64,000 bases of DNA from an uncultured Gammaproteobacteria bacterium (GCA_964527425.1 CAZGOA010000003.1:29941-93940); one strand, 5' to 3'; positions 18,697 through 29,193 are shown, numbered from the stretch's first letter. Notes: a model not told the origin generated them from the sequence alone. Made by a program: numbers and translations.

Positions 18697-19471
18697 GTTT
18701 TACTCCTTTTCTGGAGAATAATTTCTCCATTAAACGTAACTTTATAATGAGTGATCCCATACTTTCTGCAAACACTAGTATAAGAATCCATTGGTTTACC
18801 GTAATTCCGTATACATAAATGCTCGCTTCTTTAAAAAATTCTAGTGAAAACAGAACAGGAGTTATAAGTGTAAGTATTGTAGCACCTAAAAGTCCAGCAG
18901 ACCATTTTTTATTCAGAGATCGTTTATGAAGGAATATGGTTATAAAACCAAGAAGTAACAATGCAATTACTTCATACAGTTGTACAGGATGACGCTTTCC
19001 GTCTACCCCTGGAAATCCAAAAGCCCATACTGCGTCTGTTACTCTTCCTAATTCTGAACCCTGGAAAAATAATCCGAGCGAAATTGGGATGAGTGTCCAC
19101 GGTAAGCAAATTGCAAATGCATCAAATACATGAGCAAAGCGGATATTATACTTTTTAGAGAGATAATAAAAAGTTATTAATACACCTAATAGTCCGCTGT
19201 AAAGCCATAATCCCGGCTGAACCCAAAATGCACCAATAAGGAGAACGCTTGGTTGAAAAAGTTGTGGATATAAGATTACAAAACCGATACGGGCAAAAAA
19301 CCCACCAACAATCGTCCCGTAAAAAGTCAGATCAAAGATGCGTTCTTCTAAGATACCTTGTGACCTGAGTTCCTTCCAAAATAAAAATGAAAAAATACAC
19401 CAGCCAAAAATAGCAAAGAGGTGTGCTGTATAAATACTTATTGGTCCTAATGTAAATAAGACTGGATACAT
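18602..19471 (-). CDS. lgt: prolipoprotein diacylglyceryl transferase
   Basis: Lgt signature blocks (...FGWCIFSFLFW..., GKRHPVQLYE) with a C-terminal hydrophilic tail. The 3' end overlaps the downstream dksA-like ORF by about 95 nt. Confidence 0.85.
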   Translation of the reverse strand: MYPVLFTLGPISIYTAHLFAIFGWCIFSFLFWKELRSQGILEERIFDLTFYGTIVGGFFARIGFVILYPQLFQPSVLLIGAFWVQPGLWLYSGLLGVLITFYYLSKKYNIRFAHVFDAFAICLPWTLIPISLGLFFQGSELGRVTDAVWAFGFPGVDGKRHPVQLYEVIALLLLGFITIFLHKRSLNKKWSAGLLGATILTLITPVLFSLEFFKEASIYVYGITVNQWILILVFAESMGSLIIKLRLMEKLFSRKGVKHDTTDTHNSQRTDGITGEASTEPSGEVTETN

Positions 19472-19482
19472 AATTCCTTTTT

Positions 19483-20772
19483 CTATATATGTTTTAAACG
19501 CCAGATTCCATACGTTGTTATAACTAATCCTAATCCTAACACAACTTTTCCAATACCTAATACATCAGCAAGAATTCCACCGGCAACTACAGGGATAATT
19601 CCTATTCCTCCGCCGAGTGCCGTTAAAATACCATAAATTCTTCCTTTTAAATCGTTGTCAGATTCTCTTTGAATTGTAGCGTTTGATGGAACATCTAACA
19701 AACTGTTCGCCAGTCCCAACAAAAAGAAAAGAAAAACTGAAAGTATGAGTGCAGTGTTTGCTGGAAGGTAATAACCAAATAATGCAGTTCGTTCTAATCT
19801 CACGAGTACTGCAATGAGTACAAGCAGAGTTCCTGCTGACAATAAACCTACTGTTGTTAATCTTCTCATGGAATACTGTTCTCCATAACTTCCAACCCAC
19901 AACGCACCTAACACAATACCTACAACCGCAGGTCCTAAGATAAGAACTGATGCATCGGTTACTTGTATTTGTAGTATTCTATCTGCAAATCCTGGGCCTA
20001 AGGCCCCTAAAATGGCAAGAACAATTTGGGTGGATGAAAGTAAAATAAGAGCGTCTAGGACATGTCGATGGTGCAGACAAAATTCTATGCCTTTTTTCAT
20101 ATCTGTCCAGAGCTGATTGATAAAGACATATCTATTTTTTCGGAGCATATTGATAAGCCCCATTACATCTTCTTTTTGTCGGGGTACTTGAAATACAAAC
20201 CATACAGCCGCAACGTATAGTAACAAGAGAATAAGAAAGGATCCTGACGCTCCTGTTAACTTAAGGACTGGTCCAGCTAAAATAAACCCCAGGGCGATAC
20301 TTGCAAAAAAGGTAAACGAGAAAAGGCTGTTTGCTGATAAAAGAAGTTTTTCGGGTATTAAACGTGGTATGAGTGGTGCTTCTGCCGGCAAATAGAATTG
20401 GCTGACGAGAGAATTAAGAAACATAACTCCATACACAGTAATAAGGTTATCCGGGAAAATAAACAGTGGAATAATCATTAATGCTCTACTGATATTACAG
20501 AAAGCTAATACTTTGCGTTTATCTGTATGATCTATCATGACCCCTGATAACATGCCGAATAAGACAGCGGGGACGCCGTATGTTAAAAAGAGAATTGAAA
20601 CTGCGGTGTTGCTTCGAGTAACCTCATAAATACGTAATGCAAGAATAGAAAGGAGCATGTTTGCTCCAATTTGTGAAAATAATTGACCTAACCAGAGATT
20701 TCGAAAAGATACTATAGATAAGGCTTGTTTTAATAGTGGACCGTGCAATGCCTTCTGCTCTGTTGCTGACAT
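19483..20772 (-). CDS. MFS transporter
   Basis: 12 predicted TM helices with an MFS-like layout. The start is moved to MSATEQK because the first 43 codons of the track ORF (MSASRIE...) are read from repeat DNA. Confidence 0.6.
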   Translation of the reverse strand: MSATEQKALHGPLLKQALSIVSFRNLWLGQLFSQIGANMLLSILALRIYEVTRSNTAVSILFLTYGVPAVLFGMLSGVMIDHTDKRKVLAFCNISRALMIIPLFIFPDNLITVYGVMFLNSLVSQFYLPAEAPLIPRLIPEKLLLSANSLFSFTFFASIALGFILAGPVLKLTGASGSFLILLLLYVAAVWFVFQVPRQKEDVMGLINMLRKNRYVFINQLWTDMKKGIEFCLHHRHVLDALILLSSTQIVLAILGALGPGFADRILQIQVTDASVLILGPAVVGIVLGALWVGSYGEQYSMRRLTTVGLLSAGTLLVLIAVLVRLERTALFGYYLPANTALILSVFLFFLLGLANSLLDVPSNATIQRESDNDLKGRIYGILTALGGGIGIIPVVAGGILADVLGIGKVVLGLGLVITTYGIWRLKHI

Positions 20773-20880
20773 TCCTTGAGTATACTGCAAAGACTGATGA
20801 GTAAAGAATAGGCGTTTTTTTACTGATTCGATCCTGCGATACGTACATGCTGGCGGACTGCAATGCTGTATATCCTTTGT

Positions 20881-20923
20881 TTCGATCCGGGATGCAGACA
20901 TCCGTTGAGATCCCGGATCGGAA
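20881..20923. repeat. solo hairpin module of the palindromic repeat family (TTCGATCCGGGATGCAGACATCCGTTGAGATCCCGGATCGG)
   Basis: Sequence identity to the repeat consensus. Lies immediately upstream of the MFS gene. Confidence 0.8.
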
Positions 20924-21012
20924 TGTTGCCCAGATAAGGTACGCTTCGGATCAGGTGTACTGTGTTTGATCAGGATATGCTTTTTTGTTGTTTCTGTTTA
21001 GAATAGATATAT

Positions 21013-21492
21013 ATGATGGCTACAGCTCATGCGTTGGTAGGATGTGCAATTGCGAGTAAAATTGCAGATCCCGTCTTGGCAGGTACACTTATTGTTTCTT
21101 CTCATTGGGTTATGGATTTGATCCCCCACTGGGACTTTGGTACTGATTGGGAAAAAAGATCTAAAGCTGCTACAGGAATGTTAGCATTAGGTGATACGGT
21201 ATTTGCGTTTCTTTTGTCTTTTATAGTATTTTCAACAGTTCTTTCCCCTGTTTGGATAATTATAGCCGTATCTCTTGCTAACTTACCTGATTGGGCTGAG
21301 GCTCCCTGGTTTATCTTTTTTGGGAAACAAGGTGAAAAAGCTGTGTCTCAGGGTTCTTTAATACGAAAGCTAAGTTATTGGACATATAAATATCAGGAAC
21401 TTTATGGTCATACGGTCGGGACGTTTCCCCATGGAGTGTTTACTCAGGTATTTACGGTAGGATTTTTCCTGTTATTACTTCAGTTTGTGTAG
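21013..21492 (+). CDS. hypothetical small membrane protein (His-rich N-terminus, possible membrane-bound metal-dependent hydrolase-like)
   Basis: 159 aa with 3 to 4 TM helices and HALVGCAIA...SSHWVMDLIPHWDFG. Confidence 0.35.
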   Translation: MMATAHALVGCAIASKIADPVLAGTLIVSSHWVMDLIPHWDFGTDWEKRSKAATGMLALGDTVFAFLLSFIVFSTVLSPVWIIIAVSLANLPDWAEAPWFIFFGKQGEKAVSQGSLIRKLSYWTYKYQELYGHTVGTFPHGVFTQVFTVGFFLLLLQFV

Positions 21493-21574
21493 ATGTATTT
21501 ATACGATAACTCCCATAGATATCATGTTATTTTGGTAGAAAAAGTACCAAAGTGTTGTGAGTGAATGTGTTATT

Positions 21575-21652
21575 TTCGATCCGGGATGCAGAAATACTTC
21601 CGATCCCGGATCGGGTGAGGCTACCGAAATTCTTCCGATCCGGGATCGGAAT
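21575..21652. repeat. composite repeat: hairpin module plus linker plus module-2 palindrome
   Basis: TTCGATCCGGGATGCAGAAATACTTCCGATCCCGGATCGG-GTGAGGCTACCGAAATT-CTTCCGATCCGGGATCGGAA. Overlaps the last ~11 codons of the minus-strand ORF 21621..22325. Confidence 0.8.
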
Positions 21653-22325
21653 ATTCTGGATGATTTATTCGATATTGTATTGCAGCTTGTTTCCCGATAT
21701 CTGTAAAAATTGATCTATATGCTTGTCTATGTTTTATGCGCTCAGGACGCGATATAGTGCTTGCTTGAGAGACAAGTGAGTCTTTTGTTGAGTCTAAAAT
21801 TCCATATAAATATTCTTTGACTCCATCTGTCGCATTATAAAAAGCAGGACTTCTATGACCTATTTTTTTATTCATAAATGGAATATACACAACATTATTG
21901 AGATTAAAGTGTCTTGCTAATTCATCAACTTTTTCTCTATTAAAACCTTGTGATTCAAATTCATCGATGACTACTATTGATTCACTCTTTGATACGTTTG
22001 TCGACCGAAGAAAATGTTCAATATCTCGAGGATTTAATTCCCCATCACGTTCTAGACTCATAAACTTCACTTGCGGCAATTTTCTTCCCAGTGAATCGGA
22101 TAAACTCTTTAGCATCCAATACACTGGACGTGCTGACCGGTCAAGAAAATAGAGTGTGTCGGGATTATGAGAGATGATCTTTTCATACAAACGAAGCAGC
22201 TGTTCCTGATACTGTTCTTTTTGCTTGGAAACAGATTCAAAAAAAACAGATAAATCTAGTTCTAACACTTCTGCACTTACTGTCTGATATTCTCCAGATC
22301 TATCCATATTTTTTATAAAAACCAT
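21621..22325 (-). CDS. hypothetical protein (weak phosphoribosyltransferase-like motif)
   Basis: SIVVIDEFESQG resembles a PRTase PRPP-binding loop. The last ~10 residues (...SDPGSEEFR) and the stop codon are encoded by repeat DNA. Confidence 0.35.
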   Translation of the reverse strand: MVFIKNMDRSGEYQTVSAEVLELDLSVFFESVSKQKEQYQEQLLRLYEKIISHNPDTLYFLDRSARPVYWMLKSLSDSLGRKLPQVKFMSLERDGELNPRDIEHFLRSTNVSKSESIVVIDEFESQGFNREKVDELARHFNLNNVVYIPFMNKKIGHRSPAFYNATDGVKEYLYGILDSTKDSLVSQASTISRPERIKHRQAYRSIFTDIGKQAAIQYRINHPEYSDPGSEEFR

Positions 22326-22356
22326 TCTACTCTTTTAACACAAACATCATACTGAT

Positions 22357-23847
22357 TTATGATCCATGTGTAAGTAAATACTGAATAATCATACGAACGC
22401 CAAAACCTGTCCCTCCATATGGTGTAAGTAGGCTATCTTTTTCAGCAAATGATGGACCTGCTATATCAACATGAGCCCACGGAATATCGGGAGAGACAAA
22501 TTCTTGCAAAAATAACGCGCCTTGTATGGCTCCGCCTGCTTTACCAGGGCCAATGTTTTTGATGTCTGCTACGTTTGATTTCATCATATCTTTATATTGT
22601 TTCGGTAAAGGTAATTCCCAAATACTCTCACCCGTTTTTTGAGCACTCTCAAATAATGCTTCCTTGAGCGTATTGTCATTTACAAACACCCCGGCAATAT
22701 CGTCTCCTAACGCTATAATACAAGCGCCTGTTAAGGTTGCAAAATCAAGAATAACGTCGGGTTTGAGCTTTTCTACGGCATATGATAACGCATCAGCAAG
22801 TACGACTCTTCCTTCTGCATCAGTGTTGAGAATCTCCATAGTTTTACCATTCATGGCAGTTAAAATATCACCAGGCTTAACTGCAAGTGGTCCCGGCATA
22901 TTTTCTGCACTGGCAATAAGTCCATGAACTGTACAGTCAGGAGCTATGTTGGAGATAACGGAAAAAACTGCCAAAACTAATGCTGCTCCTGCCATATCAC
23001 ACTTCATGATTTCCATACCTTTGCCTGTTTTAAGTGATAAGCCTCCTGAGTCAAACGTAATACCTTTTCCTACAAGCACAATGGTTTTGGTTCCTTTTCC
23101 TTTGTACGTAAGATGTATAAATTTAGGTTCTTGAGATGCTCCTTTTCCTATTCCTACTATACCTCCCATGCCTAACGCTTCCATTTCTTTGATGCTTAAG
23201 ACTTCACAAGAAATATCTTTCTGTTGCTTGGCAACTTCTTCTGCAACATTGGCTAAGTGAGTCGGGGTCATAGTAGAAGGAGGCTCATTAACAAGATCTC
23301 GCGCAAATAGGACGGCATTTGCTTCTGTTTCTGCTTTTTCTATATGTGAAGAAATAGCTGTATGGGTGAGAAAGTTGACTTCTTCTAATATATATTCGTT
23401 TTCTTCTTTCTTTTTATACTTGGAATATCGATACGAAGAAAGAAGAATACCTATAACTATTGATGAGGCAACAACTGGCTCGGTGACATCTCCTATCGAG
23501 CTTAACACTATTGAAATTCGTTTAGCATGAAGCTGTTCTGTTTTTTGAGCAATTACCGCTCCTAGAGCTTGCAGCGAATCTACTGTCCAGTCTTCTGCCT
23601 GACCTGCTCCAACTAGGAGTATATTGTGTATGGGAATTATGCCGTGTGTCTGAATAACTACTGATGATCGAGCTTTTGCGTTCCACTTTTGTTGTTTAAC
23701 GGTTGTCTGTAGCATGGTATCAAGTGTTTTATTTTGGGGAAGATATTGAGCAGTATTTGGTAAAAGCGTTTCGTCTTGCTGACAAAGGTAGATCAGTGCA
23801 TCTGGTGTGTTTTCGTTTGGCAATGAATGAGTGACTGTAAATTTCAT
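22357..23847 (-). CDS. pepA: leucyl aminopeptidase (M17 family)
   Basis: NTDAEGRVVLADAL signature and the M17 metal-ligand context. Confidence 0.85.
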   Translation of the reverse strand: MKFTVTHSLPNENTPDALIYLCQQDETLLPNTAQYLPQNKTLDTMLQTTVKQQKWNAKARSSVVIQTHGIIPIHNILLVGAGQAEDWTVDSLQALGAVIAQKTEQLHAKRISIVLSSIGDVTEPVVASSIVIGILLSSYRYSKYKKKEENEYILEEVNFLTHTAISSHIEKAETEANAVLFARDLVNEPPSTMTPTHLANVAEEVAKQQKDISCEVLSIKEMEALGMGGIVGIGKGASQEPKFIHLTYKGKGTKTIVLVGKGITFDSGGLSLKTGKGMEIMKCDMAGAALVLAVFSVISNIAPDCTVHGLIASAENMPGPLAVKPGDILTAMNGKTMEILNTDAEGRVVLADALSYAVEKLKPDVILDFATLTGACIIALGDDIAGVFVNDNTLKEALFESAQKTGESIWELPLPKQYKDMMKSNVADIKNIGPGKAGGAIQGALFLQEFVSPDIPWAHVDIAGPSFAEKDSLLTPYGGTGFGVRMIIQYLLTHGS

Positions 23848-23935
23848 AGTTGTTTAGCTGATTTATAAATAGTTGTTCTTGTGGTTTAGTATACTATTTG
23901 TCTGCCAGATATAAAGAGTATGAGATATTTAATGG

Positions 23936-24331
23936 TTAGCTGTGCGAAAGTTTATCCTGAAAATCAGAATCATATTTGCTATAATCCATTGTCAGTTCTT
24001 CACCCACATTGATATCTCTTGCTGCTACGTCTATTCCCTCGTCATCTTCTGGAACCGACTGATCAATACATGTAGGCTGATCTGAGTGATTTTGAAATCG
24101 TGTGTCATCAAAACACAAGATATACATTCCAGTTTTTTTATTGCGATAGCAGTACTTTAAACATTGTTCTTTTGCAGGGTCAGAGAGCTTTTGAAGTTGT
24201 TCTTCTGAAAATTTTAAATCAAATCCCGGTTGAAATTTCCATACTGGAGTTCCCTTTGGAATAAACTGGTCAGCAAATAATCCTATGCCGTGAATTTTAC
24301 TTGGACCAATAGAAGTTTTTACTAAAATCAT
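23936..24331 (-). CDS. SET-domain protein (putative lysine methyltransferase)
   Basis: 131 aa with GIGLFA...G..V...FQNHSDQPTC... SET-like blocks. Starts 16 nt downstream of tRNA-Leu. Confidence 0.6.
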   Translation of the reverse strand: MILVKTSIGPSKIHGIGLFADQFIPKGTPVWKFQPGFDLKFSEEQLQKLSDPAKEQCLKYCYRNKKTGMYILCFDDTRFQNHSDQPTCIDQSVPEDDEGIDVAARDINVGEELTMDYSKYDSDFQDKLSHS

Positions 24332-24346
24332 AACTTAACTCCTTTG

Positions 24347-24431
24347 TGCCAAGGGAGGGACTCGAACCCTCATGACCTGTTATAGTCACAGGTTTTTGAG
24401 ACCTGCGTGTCTACCATTCCACCACCTTGGC
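24347..24431 (-). tRNA. tRNA-Leu (anticodon CAA), type II with long variable arm
   Basis: The reverse complement, GCCAAGGTGGTGGAATGGTAGACACGCAGGTCTCAAAAACCTGTGACTATAACAGGTCATGAGGGTTCGAGTCCCTCCCTTGGCA, folds as a cloverleaf with anticodon loop CTCAAAA and GGTTCGAGTCC T-loop. No CCA is encoded. Confidence 0.8.
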
Positions 24432-24482
24432 ATGAGGTTCATTCTATCATAAAACAATAATTCCAATGAATTATATACTTCA

Positions 24483-24518
24483 ATCGGGATGGAGACATCC
24501 GTTCCGATCCCGGATCGG
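24483..24518. repeat. degenerate solo hairpin module (ATCGGGATGGAGACATCCGTTCCGATCCCGGATCGG)
   Basis: Matches the repeat consensus. Lies between tRNA-Leu and dnaB. Confidence 0.7.
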
Positions 24519-24541
24519 TGGAATAATGTAGGTTGCGGGCG

Positions 24542-25882
24542 TTAAATTGTAATTGTGTCTATTTGGTCTTTACTGACACCAAAAAACTTTATTCTGCTTC
24601 CGTGAAACATAAGATCTATCTCTCCTAGGGCACCGTTTCTGTGTTTGGCTACTCTCAGTTTGGTGGGTATTTGATCTCCCCATTGGGTCATATCTGATTC
24701 CTCTCGATATAAAAACATAACGACATCTGCATCTTGTTCGATAGAGCCTGATTCTCGCAAATCTGATAACTCAGGCACTTTGGTACCACGAGCTTCTACG
24801 GCACGCGATAATTGTGAACAAGCAAGGACAGGGATTCGTAATTCTCTAGCTAAATTTTTAAGACTTTGTGAGATTGCACCTACTTCTTGTACTCTACTTT
24901 CGTATCGCTTTCCGGCATCGCCGAGTTGGAGATAGTCAAATATTATCAGTTTTACACCATGTTCAACCTGAAGTCTTCTGGCTTTGGTACGCATTTCTAA
25001 TATAGAAATACCGGGAGTGTCATCAATAAAAATACGTGCCTCTGCTAGCTCTCCCATTGCATCTGAGAGACGTGCAAAATCATCATCTGTTAACTTACCT
25101 GTCTTTAGTCTCCAGGCATCGATGTCTGCTTGACCGACTAACAAACGGTCGACTAATTCTTCTTTACTCATTTCAAGTGAAAATATACCAACGGGCAGTT
25201 TTTCTTTTACTGCTACGTGCTGGGCAATGTTTAACACCATGGCTGTTTTCCCTGTACCCGGGCGTGCTGCTAGGATAATAAGGTTTGAATCCTGCATTCC
25301 TGATAATTTAAAATCCAAATCGGTAAATCCTGTTGTGACACCCCGGTATCCTCCTGCATGTTTGTTTAATTCATCTAATCTGTCAAAGGATTCTGTGAGT
25401 GTTTCTTTAATGTGAATAAAATCTCGTTTAGAGCTGTGTTGTGCAATGGCAAAAATTTCTTGTTCTGCCTCATCTAAAATGCTTTGCGCACTCCCTTCGT
25501 CTTTAAATGCAAGTTCTGTAAGTTTGGCTGAAGTGACAATCAATTTTCTTTTTAGAGAGAGTTCTTTAATAATATTTCCATATTGAAGTGCATGTGCGCT
25601 GGTTGGGACTATTCCTAATAATTCTGTTAAATATGCTGCCCCTCCTGCTGTTTTGAGTGTTCCTTCTTTTTTCATTTGTGAAGAAAGTGTAACGACATCA
25701 ACAGGCTCATGAGATTCAAACAGTGAGATCATTGCTTTGTAGATATCTCCATGACGACTGTTATAAAAATGCTCAGGACGCAAAAATTCTGCAACGGCAA
25801 TGAGAGCATCTTTATCGATAAGGATTGCTCCTAACAAAGACTGTTCTACTGTTTCATCGTGCGGAGGAACTTTGGGATTCAT
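24542..25882 (-). CDS. dnaB: replicative DNA helicase
   Basis: Walker A ARPGTGKT, and the DnaB N-terminal and RecA-like C-terminal domains. Confidence 0.9.
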   Translation of the reverse strand: MNPKVPPHDETVEQSLLGAILIDKDALIAVAEFLRPEHFYNSRHGDIYKAMISLFESHEPVDVVTLSSQMKKEGTLKTAGGAAYLTELLGIVPTSAHALQYGNIIKELSLKRKLIVTSAKLTELAFKDEGSAQSILDEAEQEIFAIAQHSSKRDFIHIKETLTESFDRLDELNKHAGGYRGVTTGFTDLDFKLSGMQDSNLIILAARPGTGKTAMVLNIAQHVAVKEKLPVGIFSLEMSKEELVDRLLVGQADIDAWRLKTGKLTDDDFARLSDAMGELAEARIFIDDTPGISILEMRTKARRLQVEHGVKLIIFDYLQLGDAGKRYESRVQEVGAISQSLKNLARELRIPVLACSQLSRAVEARGTKVPELSDLRESGSIEQDADVVMFLYREESDMTQWGDQIPTKLRVAKHRNGALGEIDLMFHGSRIKFFGVSKDQIDTITI

Positions 25883-25924
25883 AATATCTCATTTGTATGG
25901 CATTTCTAACGCACAACCATGTAG

Positions 25925-26572
25925 TTAGTTTTCTAACACAAGCACTTGCATTTGATCTGGAAGTTTATCTTTGGTTGTAGTGAGTTTTGCTTGTTTCGTA
26001 GGTTCTGCTCCTCCAAAAAGTTTTAGAAACGTTTCAAGATCTGTTAATTCTGAAAATACGTCTTTGTTGAGTTCTGGTCTATTAAAGTGCATTGGTATTA
26101 CTATTTTGGGCTCTATTTCTGTAATGAGTTCTGCCGCCTGCTTAGCAGTAATGGTATATACCCCACCGACAGGAATAAGCAGGATGTCTATATCACCAAT
26201 TTGTTCCGTTTCTTTGTCTGTGAGCAGTTCACCCAGATCACCTAAATGGGTAACATGAACTCCATCGATTTCTATGGAATAAATAGTATTCTTACCACGC
26301 TTTGCGCCCTTTTCACTATCATGATAGGAAGGGACTCCAATAATACCCACGCCTTTAACTTCATATTCGCCGGGTGCATCAATAATAAAAGGTGTGCCAG
26401 AAACTTGATCTGTTGCGTTATGATCTTCGTGTCCATGTGAAACGGTTACTATATCGGCTTCAACTTTTGGGAACTTAAGACCAACTGTTGCAGAATCAAA
26501 TGGATCTGTTACTACTGTTGTTTTTTTACCTTTTATTTTAAATGATGAATGTCCGAGATATGTTATTTCCAT
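25925..26572 (-). CDS. MBL-fold metallo-hydrolase
   Basis: HGHEDH motif and beta-lactamase-fold length. Confidence 0.7.
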   Translation of the reverse strand: MEITYLGHSSFKIKGKKTTVVTDPFDSATVGLKFPKVEADIVTVSHGHEDHNATDQVSGTPFIIDAPGEYEVKGVGIIGVPSYHDSEKGAKRGKNTIYSIEIDGVHVTHLGDLGELLTDKETEQIGDIDILLIPVGGVYTITAKQAAELITEIEPKIVIPMHFNRPELNKDVFSELTDLETFLKLFGGAEPTKQAKLTTTKDKLPDQMQVLVLEN

Positions 26573-26744
26573 AATTTGAAAAAATTAAGCTAACGTTACA
26601 TACAATCAAAACTGAGCAACATCGTATAGTTTATGCTGAGCGTTGTTTTGTATAGAGTTCAGTTTATATTTATTTTGAATTTATTATCTTATATCAGTTT
26701 CCCTTATGGCACGCAACCGGAACCTATGGTATAAAACCAGATAC

Positions 26745-27185
26745 ATGAACAAAGATGCTTTACTAGCTTCCGGGATTGGATTTGGTATAGGTTTGTTAAT
26801 TACTGGTGCAATTTTACTTGGTCCAACACTGGTAACACAGTTGACAACAAGAAGGCCTACACCAACTGGTGATGCGCAATCTGGAACACAACAAGCATTG
26901 GGAGCAAATACAAATAATGGAACATCTTCTACTACTGTCACGATTGATTCACCCTCTCCTGAGAGTATTATGACTCAGGATAGTGTGGAGGTATCAGGAA
27001 AAGCACCGGAAGGCAGCGTTATTGTTATTGCTGGGGATGTTGATGAAACTGCCTTGACTGTTGATTCTACAGGGACGTATAAAGGAACCATAGCACTCAA
27101 AGAGGGAAAAAATGAAATTAGTGTAAGCGGTATTCTGAATGGAAATCCTACCGTACAAAAACAAATTATTTTTTATACACCATAA
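26745..27185 (+). CDS. hypothetical membrane-anchored protein (Ig-like extracellular region)
   Basis: N-terminal TM helix then T/S-rich beta-type domain. Start set at MNKDALL, 8 nt downstream of TGGTATAAA. Confidence 0.4.
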   Translation: MNKDALLASGIGFGIGLLITGAILLGPTLVTQLTTRRPTPTGDAQSGTQQALGANTNNGTSSTTVTIDSPSPESIMTQDSVEVSGKAPEGSVIVIAGDVDETALTVDSTGTYKGTIALKEGKNEISVSGILNGNPTVQKQIIFYTP

Positions 27186-27187
27186 TT

Positions 27188-27958
27188 ATGAAAAAAACTG
27201 CATTTTTCATGGCGCTGTTAACCATCCTATCTACACCATTTGCGTTTGTAGCTGCACAAACGGATACACCTGAGATCACACCCACAATCAGCAGTAAGGT
27301 GGATGATCTGAAAGAACGTTTGGCAACACGAGTTGCAGAACTCAGGCAAACTACATCTAAAGCTATTTACGGAACAGTTTCTGCTGTAACGGTTACAACG
27401 TTAACTGTTGATACACAGCAAAAAGCCATGAAAATTGAATTAACTGATGATATAGAGGTGATTCAAATTATTCGCGGAAAAAGAACTTCTCTTTCAACCG
27501 ATGATATTGATAAAAATGACATCGTGACTGTAACGGGAGACTATGATGCAACGATTGATATTTTAAAAGCACGTACTATCTTTATTGAATCGACAGTTAA
27601 ACAAATACGGGTTCACGGAATCATTAATACTGTTAATAAAAACAACAATTCATTTACGATAACGGGTATTGATGGTGAAAAATATACTATAGACGTTGAA
27701 ACGACAACAAAAACAAATACCTGGGAAGATTCAGAAATTGTGAAGACTGGATTTTCTAAACTTGAAGAAGGTCAGTTTGTATCTGTGTTAGGTAATCCAG
27801 ATACAAAAGATGAGTCGTTTATAAACGCTTTACGTATTCTCCACTTTTCAATGCCAGGTACGACAACACCAACCCCAACTCTTGAGGCTACACCTACTGC
27901 TACAAAAAGCGCAACTCCTACTAGAAAAGCAACACCTACACCGACAGAAAATGAGTAA
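27188..27958 (+). CDS. hypothetical secreted protein with PT-rich C-terminus
   Basis: Signal peptide MKKTAFFMALLTILSTPFAFVAA and a TPTPT repeat tail. Confidence 0.45.
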   Translation: MKKTAFFMALLTILSTPFAFVAAQTDTPEITPTISSKVDDLKERLATRVAELRQTTSKAIYGTVSAVTVTTLTVDTQQKAMKIELTDDIEVIQIIRGKRTSLSTDDIDKNDIVTVTGDYDATIDILKARTIFIESTVKQIRVHGIINTVNKNNNSFTITGIDGEKYTIDVETTTKTNTWEDSEIVKTGFSKLEEGQFVSVLGNPDTKDESFINALRILHFSMPGTTTPTPTLEATPTATKSATPTRKATPTPTENE

Positions 27959-27991
27959 AGATGCGTTAGTACACGTACGTTAAATGTTGGT

Positions 27992-29068
27992 ATGAACATG
28001 TTTACACTTCCATCCGAAATCCATGCACTTTTTGTAACAAATCCTGTGAATGTGTATTATCTCACCGGATTTAGCAGCCTTTCTGCTCCAAACGAGAAAG
28101 ATGCGTTCCTTTTTATCACAAAAAACAAGTGGTATTTACTTACCTATGCGATGTATAAGGAAGAAGCAGAACGAGCGGTCTATGATAAAGAACATATTAC
28201 ACCAATGTATCTTTCGCAAAACACACCATTACGGGAAGCTTTGAGTTCTATTAAGCAAAATCACGAGATTAATGCTTTGGGTGTTGAATCGAGTTCTATA
28301 TTACTGAACGAATATCGTTTATTAACATCGATTTTTTCTACTGTATCAATCAATGAAAAATTATTCTGGATAGAACCTTCACGAGAAGTAAAAACAGAAA
28401 AAGAAGTTGAATACATTAAAAACGCTTGTGCAATTACTGATGAATGTTTAACTTATATTGAGCAAACGCTCAAAGATGGCATGAGTGAAAAAGATATTGC
28501 CTGGGAGATAGAATCGTTTATAAAACAACATGCCGCTGAACTCAGCTTTCCTCCGATTGTGGCATTTAACGAACATAGTGCAATACCACATCACATTGCT
28601 AGTACTGCTACTTCTTTGCAAAAACCCACTCTTGTCTTACTTGATTTTGGAGCAAAAATCCAAGAATATCATGCTGATATAACTCGTGTACTGTTTTGGG
28701 GAGAACCTAAAAAAGAATGGATCAATGCATATAGGAGTGTAAAACAAGCCAAAGATAAAGCAACTGAATATATACAAACTACAAAAGATCCTTCTGGAAA
28801 AACAGCAGATAGAATAGCCAGAGAACTATTAATTAAAGATGGCTATGAAAGTTTCCCTCACGGATTGGGACATGGTGTTGGTTTATCTATACATGAAGAC
28901 CCTCGCTTGAGCATGACAAGAGACGACTTACTAAAACAAAATATGGTATTTACGATTGAACCAGCTGTTTATATATCTCAACAATTTGGAATTCGTCTTG
29001 AAGATACTGTGTGGTATACAAATGAGAGACTTGTTCCGCTTACAAACTCCTCATACTACAAATTCTAA
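27992..29068 (+). CDS. pepP: Xaa-Pro aminopeptidase (M24B)
   Basis: HGLGHGVGLSIHEDP and the M24 pita-bread metal ligands. Confidence 0.8.
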   Translation: MNMFTLPSEIHALFVTNPVNVYYLTGFSSLSAPNEKDAFLFITKNKWYLLTYAMYKEEAERAVYDKEHITPMYLSQNTPLREALSSIKQNHEINALGVESSSILLNEYRLLTSIFSTVSINEKLFWIEPSREVKTEKEVEYIKNACAITDECLTYIEQTLKDGMSEKDIAWEIESFIKQHAAELSFPPIVAFNEHSAIPHHIASTATSLQKPTLVLLDFGAKIQEYHADITRVLFWGEPKKEWINAYRSVKQAKDKATEYIQTTKDPSGKTADRIARELLIKDGYESFPHGLGHGVGLSIHEDPRLSMTRDDLLKQNMVFTIEPAVYISQQFGIRLEDTVWYTNERLVPLTNSSYYKF

Positions 29069-29193
29069 ACCAATAAACAATAAATAAACTTATAGTATTT
29101 CCGCTCCGAGAGCGGAATAACCTGGATCGGAAGAACCTTTATTTAGGTGTAGGTGTGTTTTTTGAGTAGTAGAGAGTATCAATAAATAAGAAA

